The position numbers were made by a program, and so were the translations under genes. Positions 48,893 to 57,164 of a DNA stretch of 64,000 bases are shown piece after piece (the stretch's first letter is position 1; each line of letters opens with the position of its first letter). Origin of the DNA: Nitrosospira sp. (GTDB taxonomy: Bacteria > Pseudomonadota > Gammaproteobacteria > Burkholderiales > Nitrosomonadaceae). The stretch lies in NCBI GenBank assembly GCA_013821425.1, contig JACDGV010000006.1, forward strand, positions 10,146 to 74,145. The letters run 5' to 3'. The notes under the pieces are model-generated. The model was not told the DNA's origin, did no database searches, and saw only the letters and a program-made list of their open reading frames with translations.

Positions 48893-49756
48893 ATGAAAAG
48901 CCGAAGCTTGATCGAGGCAAGCATGTTTGCCGTCCTGTTTATTTCGTCAACTTTCCCGATGAGCTCGGCGGCAGCCCGGGATGTCTGCCGCAACACACTT
49001 ACGAACGGCTTTTTCGACGAATATTCCGCCAGCAGCGCTAGTCTTAGAGACCGTGCAATGTATGCAGAGCTCTGCTCGAGGAATTTTCCGGAAGCCCAGG
49101 CCGCAATAAAACGCGCGCTGCAATTCGGCGATGATGGCTCGCTTGGCGTTTCATACGGGCTTTTTAGTCCGAGAGGGAGTGAACTGGGGAACCTGGGGCC
49201 AGGGTCGGGAGCGAACGCCGCGGACGGACTAGAGGAGGATCGGTTTCGGCAGTGGAAGAGCGCGTATTGTTCGAAGAATTCTGCGAAAGCGTCCTCCGAC
49301 GCGGCCGAGTTTTTCATGCAGAAGGCGGCGACCGGGAGAGCGCGATCCATGGTGCCCGCAGTATCCGCCTGGTCAGCGTGCATGCGAATGCGCGCGGGGC
49401 TCACATGTTGGGCGGCCCCCCATGGAATACAGAACGAAGAATTCGTATTGAATGTCAACTGGACTCAGCCGGGTCCCTTCCCGTCACAGGTGCAGCGCCA
49501 GTTTAAATCCCGGGTGCTGCATTCTTTCCTGACCCGAGGCGCGGCTGCGCAATTCGAGGATGCGGCCCCGCAAAGGCTTTTGCCGGCTGGTCATGAACTG
49601 GATGCGGGAACGCTAAAGATTCCTGTGACACGGCCGGTGGAAAAAGCAATTAATGCCAATCTGAAGGTAGGTTACGAAGAGAAAGAATATAGCTGCAATG
49701 TCTTTATCCCTGGCGAGAGGGATTTCGCGCTGACAACGCCGTTTCCCAGCCGGTAG
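48893..49756 (+). CDS. Secreted hypothetical protein
   Basis: An ATG 8 nt after GGAG. Signal peptide MKSRSLIEASMFAVLFISSTFPMSSAAA, with several Cys residues. I recognise no family. The overlapping minus-strand ORF 48862..49458 lacks comparable start signals. Confidence 0.6.
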   Translation: MKSRSLIEASMFAVLFISSTFPMSSAAARDVCRNTLTNGFFDEYSASSASLRDRAMYAELCSRNFPEAQAAIKRALQFGDDGSLGVSYGLFSPRGSELGNLGPGSGANAADGLEEDRFRQWKSAYCSKNSAKASSDAAEFFMQKAATGRARSMVPAVSAWSACMRMRAGLTCWAAPHGIQNEEFVLNVNWTQPGPFPSQVQRQFKSRVLHSFLTRGAAAQFEDAAPQRLLPAGHELDAGTLKIPVTRPVEKAINANLKVGYEEKEYSCNVFIPGERDFALTTPFPSR

Positions 49757-49764
49757 CGGCCTCC

Positions 49765-50487
49765 CTATAAGAGCATCTCTACCCCCTCGAGAACGTCCTC
49801 GAATTGCTGAGCATAATAATGCGGAGTCACATCTTCGAAGGATTTGGCCCCCTGATCGGAGTCGAGGAAAATGGTTTTCATGCCAAGCAGGCGTGCGCCG
49901 TAGATATCCCGGAACATATCGTTGCCCACGCAGATCACTTCGGAGGATTCGAGAGCCATTTTCTCGAGCGCCTTCTTGTATAGTCTTGAATCGGGCTTCC
50001 GGAAACCGTAACGACTGGACATCACGATTGCCTCGAAGTAGCCATCCAGCCCTACCGCGCGAATTTCCGGCAATGCATAGCAGGACTGCGCATCTGTGAC
50101 GATTGCAAGCCGGTAAGTACCTTGCAATTCGTTCAACACCTTTTTCACGCCGGGATACACCCGTAGACGATGGCGGGATATACCGCGGAACAGGTGCGCA
50201 AGAACTTTGGCCAGCTGGCCCCGGATGGGGGTTGATCTGATACCCTCCTGCAGGAGGAATTCATTCCATATCGCTTCCACGTCAATTTCCGCGTATTGTT
50301 CCCCACGCGCTTCTTTCTGCCGCTTCAGGATATGATCATAGTGCTCGCGGACTTCCCCCCGGTGCAAATACACTCCGTGATGTGTCAGATAGTGCGCGAT
50401 GGTGCGATAAATTTCCTCCATGGTCTCATCGGTTTGGATGTCGATAAGCATGCCATATAGATCAAACAGGATACCTTTTATCGTCAT
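49765..50487 (-). CDS. HAD-superfamily hydrolase, subfamily IA (motif I FDLYGML, as in 2-haloacid dehalogenase-like members)
   Basis: 240-aa ORF. Motif I is ILFDLYGMLID. Later motifs are IVTDA... and VGNDMFRDIYGA. Confidence 0.85.
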   Translation of the reverse strand: MTIKGILFDLYGMLIDIQTDETMEEIYRTIAHYLTHHGVYLHRGEVREHYDHILKRQKEARGEQYAEIDVEAIWNEFLLQEGIRSTPIRGQLAKVLAHLFRGISRHRLRVYPGVKKVLNELQGTYRLAIVTDAQSCYALPEIRAVGLDGYFEAIVMSSRYGFRKPDSRLYKKALEKMALESSEVICVGNDMFRDIYGARLLGMKTIFLDSDQGAKSFEDVTPHYYAQQFEDVLEGVEMLL

Positions 50488-50493
50488 GATCTT

Positions 50494-51492
50494 TTACCTC
50501 AACGTTTTCCTGGCTTCTGCCAGTAGCTGCCCGCGATAGCTTTCATCGATCCATGCATTGCGCGCAATGCGCAGGAGCGTGACGCCGGCATAAAAGGGAA
50601 TGCGGCGGGTAATAGCAGCAAAAGCGGCATCGCGATCGGGAAAGTGGCATGCGTACTCCCACAGGAGGTGGCCGATAAAAGGTTCTGCCATTGTTTTATC
50701 GCCGCTGTACCGCATAAAGAAATGGTGCAGTTCACCGGCCAATCTCCCCAGATCGAAAACCCTGTCTGCCGGTTTCATCCGCTCCAGATCGATAACAATT
50801 ACCCAAAGGCCGTCGCCAAAAAGGATGTTGGGCGGCGTGACATCTCCGTGAACGAGGACCTGCTGGTCTTCCCACATGCAACTCCTGGTCAGCCATTGGT
50901 CCTTGAGTCGCCCAAACTCCTGCTCCTCGTTCCATCCAGTGCGCCCAGCCGCAGCCAATTGGCCCACGATCCGGTCGAAATATGCGCAGTCTTTGTTGAA
51001 GTCAACCTTTCTATCGTGTGGAGTATGGTTATGCAGGGTCGCGAGGAAATAGGCGAGGGCGGTCAGTTTTTGAAAAAGAGCGTCTCGCGCGCCGTTTTGT
51101 ATCGCCCCCAGGATGAAGTTCGTAAGCGGGGTGCCGTAGCAGAATTCCTCCATCAGTACCATGCCTAGACTCGCGTTCGTGCCAAGGGGCCTGACGACGT
51201 AATGCGGGTAACCGGTAAAACCGATGCTACGCAAATAACTTATATTACCAAACTCCCGTTCCATGTGGCGGGAGGCGGCCTCCGGGTCAAGCTTCCCCAC
51301 GCCGCCAAAAAATTTTCCGATTATTCGGGTCTGGCTCCGCTGATCTTCGTAGAGATAGACATGGTTGGATGCCGGAAGCTGGTATATCCCGAATTCGGGG
51401 GAATTGAGGTGAGCGCCGAGCAGGGGCACGATATCGTCCCGGAGGTATCGGTAAAGCGGTTCATCCGCTGACAGGTGGCCGAGGTATCTCAT
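50494..51492 (-). CDS. Aminoglycoside-phosphotransferase/choline-kinase-fold kinase-like protein
   Basis: 332-aa ORF. Catalytic loop LVHGDVTPPNILF and metal-binding VIDLE. It ends 6 nt upstream of the HAD gene. Confidence 0.85.
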   Translation of the reverse strand: MRYLGHLSADEPLYRYLRDDIVPLLGAHLNSPEFGIYQLPASNHVYLYEDQRSQTRIIGKFFGGVGKLDPEAASRHMEREFGNISYLRSIGFTGYPHYVVRPLGTNASLGMVLMEEFCYGTPLTNFILGAIQNGARDALFQKLTALAYFLATLHNHTPHDRKVDFNKDCAYFDRIVGQLAAAGRTGWNEEQEFGRLKDQWLTRSCMWEDQQVLVHGDVTPPNILFGDGLWVIVIDLERMKPADRVFDLGRLAGELHHFFMRYSGDKTMAEPFIGHLLWEYACHFPDRDAAFAAITRRIPFYAGVTLLRIARNAWIDESYRGQLLAEARKTLR

Positions 51493-51549
51493 GGGTCCGC
51501 AAAATCAGATGTGGGATGGGAACAGTTTGTTGTTTCTGCGGACAGGACG

Positions 51550-52281
51550 CTGATGCAAATTCAAGTAGTGCTTGGTTATCAATCAGTTCTATTTCTGTAT
51601 CCGTCCGAGCGCTAGTAACAGGTTCTTCAAACCGCGAAACGCTAAACTCTTCCAGCGAGAATGCCATGGCAAGGGCTTGTTTACGTGAATATGCGCCGTT
51701 GGCATGAAAAAAAGCCCGGTATTCTGGCCGATCACCTCCCGCGCGTAACCTACCCGGTTGACGTCGTTCTCCGGATCGCACCCGATCTTCATTTTGACAC
51801 TCCCGATACCCCTCGCGTCCCAGTCGCCCAGTTGCTTTTGTAACTCCGGAATTGAATAAGATGTGAAGCCGCCGCTGCCATAGACCGGTATACCACTGCG
51901 TACCTGCCCCAGTAACAAAACGAGCGGCAAATCGAGGATGCGGGCCTTCAGATCCCATAGCGCATTGTCGACTGCGGCGATTGCCATCGAGCAGATCCCG
52001 GGACGCCCCAGGTTTCGGATGGCGGCCGCCATCGAATTCCAGCATCCTTCGACCGCGAGTGCGCTAGCCCCTAGAATAACGCCTGCCAGCTTGTCACTGA
52101 TCAGCTTGGCCGTGGCCGAATCGGCGTAAGTAAAACCGAGCCCAGCTTTATTGCCCGCCTCAATTTTTACTACCACTAGAACCGTTGAGTCCCATTCGAG
52201 CGTACCATCGGATTCCGGCGTAGCAGTGGGAATGGAGAAAGCTGATACTTGCACGCTTGAGATGTAGGGGGAGCCGTCCAA
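51550..52281 (-). pseudogene. Enolase-superfamily (mandelate racemase/muconate lactonizing enzyme-like) gene, frameshifted and 3'-truncated
   Basis: ORF 51589..52281 carries the capping domain and early barrel (...AIAAVDNALWDLKARILDLPLVLLLG...VKMKIG...). It loses frame at an A7 run (plus strand 51707-51713). The continuation ...HANGAYSRKQALAMAFSLEEFSVSRFEEPV is in the frame of ORF 51461..52045. About 150 C-terminal residues are missing before the kinase gene begins. The lower boundary is approximate. Confidence 0.7.
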
Positions 52282-52324
52282 GAATCAGGGGCACAAGGGC
52301 CTTGTTCATCCTTCGGACTTGCCA

Positions 52325-54091
52325 TTAAGAGAGGATCTGCTTGACAGACGATTTGATGATGCCAGGCGAATCCGTATCGCCCTTCAATATTGCGGATGCA
52401 TATGCTCTCGCTTGTTTAAAGGTGATGTGCGGCGGCAGCGGCGGCACATCTGGATCAGCGCAGACCTCGAGAACGACCGGACAATCTGCGCTGAGGGCAT
52501 TATCCCAGGCATTGCCAAGTTCTTCGGGCTGATCAACAAAAATACCCCGCAGGCCGATCAATTCCGCGTAGCGCGCATATGGAAAGTCGGGCAGATCTTG
52601 CGAAGCCTCAAATTTCGGATCGCCTTCCAGGGCCCGTTGTTCCCATGTAACCTGATTAAGATCACGATTGTTCAGAACCATCACTACCAGACGCGGATTG
52701 CTCCAGCGTTTCCAATACTTGCAGATGGTAATCAGTTCGTTCAGGCCGTTCATCTGCATTGCGCCATCCCCCACCATGGCGATTACCACTCGATCCGGAT
52801 ATGCAAACTTCGCTGAAATAGCGTACGGCACGCCTGGCCCCATGGTGGCAAGCCCGCCCGAGAGGGACGCCATCATTCCCTCGCGGATTTTCAGATTGCG
52901 CGCGTACCAGTTTGCTGCAGAGCCCGAATCGCACGTCAGGATGCAGTTATCCGGCAATCGGGGGGATAATTCCCAAAATACTCTTTGCGGATTGATGGGA
53001 TTGGCCGACTTCATGGCCCGGGATTCCACGGTTTTCCACCACTGCGCCACATGCCTTTTGATTCGGCCCTGCCAGGTACGGCCTTCTTTTCTTCGTAACA
53101 GCGGCATCAGCAATTTCAACGTTTCGGCGCTGTCGCCGACCAGATTCACTTCCATGGGATACCGGATACCCAGCATATGGCCCTGGATGTCGATTTGCAC
53201 ACCCCGCGCCTGCCCCTCTTCGGGTAAAAATTCTGAATAGGGAAAGCTGGATCCAATCATCAGCAGCGTGTCGCAGTTCGTCATCATGTCATAGCTGGGT
53301 TCTGTGCCAAGCAGGCCAATAGATCCAGTTACATAGGGCAGGTCATCAGGGACCACGGCTTTGCCCAGCAGTGCTTTTGCGATACCGGCGCCGAGAAGGT
53401 CGGTTACCTCCAGGACTTCCCGCCTCGCGTTCAGTGCGCCCGCGCCAACTAATATGGCGACTTTCGAGCCGGCATTGAGCACGTCTGCGGCGCGCTGTAA
53501 ATCTTCAGTCCGTGGCGATACGCATGGCGCCTGGTAGCCAATTCCCGAATGTATCGTTCCATGCTCTCGCGGGGGCTTCTCCGCATCCATTTGCTGGATA
53601 TCATTCGGCACGATAACGCAGCACACACTGCGCTCAGCCTGCGCGATGCGCATGGCCCGGTCGATGACGTGACGCATTTGCGCCGGCGTTGATACCATGT
53701 GGACGTATTCATGGGCCACGTCCTTGAACAACGAAATAAGGTCGACTTCCTGCTGATAGTTGCCCCCCAAGGCAGCACGTTTCTGCTGACCGACAATAGC
53801 AACCACGGGTTGATGATCGAGTTTGGCGTCATAGAGGCCATTAAGCAAATGAATTGCTCCGGGACCGGAGGTGGCGAGGCATACGCCGACTTCGCCAGTG
53901 AATTTGGCGTGCGCACATGCCATGAACGCCGACATTTCTTCATGTCGCACCTGGATAAAATCGATGTTGTCGGAAGCCCGGTCCAACGCCCCCATGATCC
54001 CATTGATACCGTCGCCGGGATAACCAAAGATGCGTTTGACTCCCCACTCGGACAATCGCCGTACTAGAAATTCACTGACATTTTCCGTCAT
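52325..54091 (-). CDS. Thiamine-diphosphate/FAD enzyme of the pyruvate oxidase / pyruvate dehydrogenase (quinone) PoxB type
   Basis: The track ORF extends to 54196; the conserved start is M36 (MTENVSEFLVRRLSEWGVKRIFGYPGDGINGI). ThDP motif GDGAMQMNG...VLNNRDL, and a PoxB-like C-terminus PPHITFKQARAY. Confidence 0.9.
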   Translation of the reverse strand: MTENVSEFLVRRLSEWGVKRIFGYPGDGINGIMGALDRASDNIDFIQVRHEEMSAFMACAHAKFTGEVGVCLATSGPGAIHLLNGLYDAKLDHQPVVAIVGQQKRAALGGNYQQEVDLISLFKDVAHEYVHMVSTPAQMRHVIDRAMRIAQAERSVCCVIVPNDIQQMDAEKPPREHGTIHSGIGYQAPCVSPRTEDLQRAADVLNAGSKVAILVGAGALNARREVLEVTDLLGAGIAKALLGKAVVPDDLPYVTGSIGLLGTEPSYDMMTNCDTLLMIGSSFPYSEFLPEEGQARGVQIDIQGHMLGIRYPMEVNLVGDSAETLKLLMPLLRRKEGRTWQGRIKRHVAQWWKTVESRAMKSANPINPQRVFWELSPRLPDNCILTCDSGSAANWYARNLKIREGMMASLSGGLATMGPGVPYAISAKFAYPDRVVIAMVGDGAMQMNGLNELITICKYWKRWSNPRLVVMVLNNRDLNQVTWEQRALEGDPKFEASQDLPDFPYARYAELIGLRGIFVDQPEELGNAWDNALSADCPVVLEVCADPDVPPLPPHITFKQARAYASAILKGDTDSPGIIKSSVKQILS

Positions 54092-54583
54092 TGCGCTATC
54101 TCCGTTTAAGTGCTGATGCGTATTCGTATGTGTGCCCGTGCGTTGGTCTGCACGCCATTCCCAGAACTTGAGCGAAATGGACTGACGGACTCTCAACCAG
54201 GAGGCAAACAGGCCGGGCGCGTCGCCCTTTCGCTAATTTTGCCGGTCTCCCACTTGCATACGAGGCGCAAGAAGGACACGACGGGCGACGGGAGGGGGAG
54301 GGACGCTTGATTAGTTTAAATGCTACGCTATAAGCCCCTCGCTTCTGTGCGCTATCACACACAGTTTTTTCACAAATCTTTCAAGAATGTTCGCGACCGA
54401 TTTTTTTGCTTGCACAGTTACAAATCCCGCAGGCAAATAACAAGAGGCGTTAAAGCCGGGTTTGGCTGGTTCTACATGGGTGGTCGAAAATGTGTGCAGG
54501 CGATGGTTTTTTCTTTTTGAGATATTCCCCTAAGATCGGCATATGAGAGCCATAAACATCTTCTTCTAAAATCCATGTGCGGC

Positions 54584-55642
54584 ATGCAACAGGTAGATAT
54601 CGCAATAGTGGGGGGCGGACCGGCTGGCGCGATGTGTGCCCTTATGCTCGCGCGTGGGGGGGCGCGCGTCAGTCTAGTGCACTGGGGCGGTTACGCGCCG
54701 GATGGCATTGAACTTGTATCAAGCCGGGCACGTCGCCTTATTGAGCAATATTGTCCCGATTTTTTTCAAACAGTAAGCTCAGGAGTCGAAGTCCGCGAGA
54801 CAACCGCCCAGTGGGGAACCCCGAAGCCGGTCACATCGAGCGCGATGTTTAACCCGTGGAGTTCTGGTGTAGCGGTGGAGCGTCCGCTTTTTGATCACGC
54901 CTTGCGGGAGTTGGCGCGGACTGAGAATGTATCGATCACTGCGGACACCAAAGTTTCGAGGATCGACCGTGCTAACGACCAATGGCGTCTGTGGATGCGT
55001 GGCGGCGATACTGCCTCCGCTTCGCTAGAGGCCGATTTTGTGATCCTTGCCACCGGCCGAGCCGCTGCACAATTCTTAAACCGAATACCAGTTGTCGAAT
55101 CGTCGCAAATTGCCTTGATGGCATTGCTGCGTCCATGCCCAGGTGATAAACCGCGTCATACGCTCTATGTGGAGGGTATGGATAACGGCTGGTGGTACGC
55201 TCTGCCTGCCAGGGGCGGGAGTTACTTTGCCGGTTTTTGCGTCGACCGGAGTGAGCTCAAAAAGAGGAACGCGTCCCTGAAAGAATTTTTTATCCATGAG
55301 TTGCGGCGGACACAGCTGCTTGCACCCCTGTTGTCGAGCGATTCAGGCAATTTGCGGATATCCGGCCGCATGACCGGTATCCATCCGTTCAGCAGACCGG
55401 CGGGGAATGGCTGGATTGCAGTCGGGGACGCGGCGTATATGCAAGACCCCCTGAGCGGGATGGGAATCGAATTTGCGTTTGAAACTGCCCGGCTTGGCGC
55501 GCGAGTACTCCTGGGGGGTATGAAGGAGGGGGCGACACCCCATGCACTCGCGGAATTAGCAGCGTATGAGGCATCGGTGCGTGAACGGGTCAGCGGTCAC
55601 GATAAAGCGGCAGCTTTTCAGTACGGGCGGCTTCAAAGATAA
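54584..55642 (+). CDS. FAD-dependent oxidoreductase (geranylgeranyl-reductase/halogenase-like fold)
   Basis: The N-terminus is a dinucleotide fold, VDIAIVGGGPAGAMCALMLARGG. About 350 aa. Confidence 0.82.
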   Translation: MQQVDIAIVGGGPAGAMCALMLARGGARVSLVHWGGYAPDGIELVSSRARRLIEQYCPDFFQTVSSGVEVRETTAQWGTPKPVTSSAMFNPWSSGVAVERPLFDHALRELARTENVSITADTKVSRIDRANDQWRLWMRGGDTASASLEADFVILATGRAAAQFLNRIPVVESSQIALMALLRPCPGDKPRHTLYVEGMDNGWWYALPARGGSYFAGFCVDRSELKKRNASLKEFFIHELRRTQLLAPLLSSDSGNLRISGRMTGIHPFSRPAGNGWIAVGDAAYMQDPLSGMGIEFAFETARLGARVLLGGMKEGATPHALAELAAYEASVRERVSGHDKAAAFQYGRLQR

Positions 55643-55720
55643 TCTGGCGAATAAGTATATTGGCCGGACTGCATATTTTGCAGTGCGCGAGGAGCCGCAG
55701 CCCGTCCGGTTGCTATTCTC

Positions 55721-56527
55721 TCAGCCGATTCTTACCGCCAGCATGGAAATCGAGCCCCCGTCGAATCCTTCAGCCGGAAAGCTGATGGAGTCATCTTCCC
55801 TGCGTTGAGCAAGAATATAGAGAAAAGGAAGATAGTGTTCCGGCGTGGGTACTGACAATAACGCATCCTGTCCCAGTCCTTCATAAGCGATTAGCGGCTC
55901 GGGATTTCCCGAGTTTAACGCTTTGCGTACGCCATTCTCGAATCGGAGGGCCCAATCGTATGGTTCCGCGTGGCGCTTTCCCCATGAGTATGCGTGCAGA
56001 TTGTGAACGATATTGCCGCTGCCCAGGATAAGTACGCCCTGGTCGCGCAATGGCGCCAGTCTGCGGGCTGTGCTGTGATGCCACGTAGCCTCCCTGGTTT
56101 CGTCTATACTCAACTGAACGACCGGAATATCCGCCTCGGGGAACATATGCATGAGAACGGACCAGGTGCCGTGATCCAGCCCCCAGTTAGTGTCCATGAC
56201 CGCAACCGGCATCAGCAAATCAGCGACTTCCGCCGCGAATTCCAAAGACCCGGGGGCCGGGTACTGCACTTCATGAAGCTCCCGTGGAAATCCGCCAAAG
56301 TCATGGATAGTGGGAGGCTTTGCCATGGCCGTGACCGCCGTTCTTGGAACGTACCAATGTGCCGAGATCGATAGAATGGCTCTTGGTTTGGCGGGAAGGC
56401 CGGCCCCGATCGCCGACCATGCTACAGTGTAGGCGTTTCGGGAAAGCGCATTCATCGGATTACCGTGTCCGACGAAGATGGCGGGCATTAAGGTCGCGGC
56501 GGCTAACGGCCGGGAAGGAGGAGACAT
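55721..56527 (-). CDS. ygiD: 4,5-DOPA dioxygenase extradiol (class III extradiol dioxygenase, YgiD family)
   Basis: 268-aa ORF. MPAIFVGHGNPMNAL, ...ISAHW..., ...LGSGNIVHNL... The start may instead be M14 (56488). Confidence 0.88.
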   Translation of the reverse strand: MSPPSRPLAAATLMPAIFVGHGNPMNALSRNAYTVAWSAIGAGLPAKPRAILSISAHWYVPRTAVTAMAKPPTIHDFGGFPRELHEVQYPAPGSLEFAAEVADLLMPVAVMDTNWGLDHGTWSVLMHMFPEADIPVVQLSIDETREATWHHSTARRLAPLRDQGVLILGSGNIVHNLHAYSWGKRHAEPYDWALRFENGVRKALNSGNPEPLIAYEGLGQDALLSVPTPEHYLPFLYILAQRREDDSISFPAEGFDGGSISMLAVRIG

Positions 56528-57164
56528 GGAGGTGGAGGGTGCCGCAGAGGAGCGCCGTAGGGCAAAGGCGTCGTCGCGTTCGGGCCGGCCGGGAAGCTAA
56601 GTCAGCGGTTCCTTGAATAATATCGTTCCCCTGTCGGGATTCCGTTCCGGTTTGTTTTCGATAACGGTCCAATTCCGGACGAAGCTCGCCTCAAAATGTT
56701 TGCACATTTTCTGCCGGAATGCCTCAGACCCCTGATCGATCAGTGCGATGTGCACGCTGGAGGGATTCTGATCATGGTGTTTTTTCATTTGCTTTGCCCT
56801 AAAGGAGGAATAGGAATAAGGAATAGCTACGTGATTGACCGCTACCTTAAAACAAAACTTTTACAGTATTATGAAAAAGATATTTATTACCCAAGTGCAG
56901 TCATTGTTGCCGGTTGAAAGGCTTTCGTTTGTGCGGCAGCGAACAGAGAGCGGGAGTAAGCGGCGGTGTTGGAGGAAAAACTGCGATAACTTCTTCCTGA
57001 GGCCCCGCGATGGTAAATTCTGGCAATCTTATTTATCCGCAGCCGGTCGCATTGGCGCACATATTACTGGATACGATTGGTCAAGGTGGCGTGTTAATTG
57101 CTCTTAATCTCTTAATGTGTGTGGCGTTTCTTTCCCTGTGCAGTCAGGAATCTGACTCCAGTTT

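Noticed and set aside
56597-57107. Small ORFs (63, 73 and 90 aa) in the 640-nt region upstream of the co-polymerase gene; an AAGGAGG at about 56803
   Set aside because: The good SD is about 22 nt from the nearest in-frame GTG. The other ORFs have no SD or motifs. The region may hold a promoter or leader, but I cannot support a gene.
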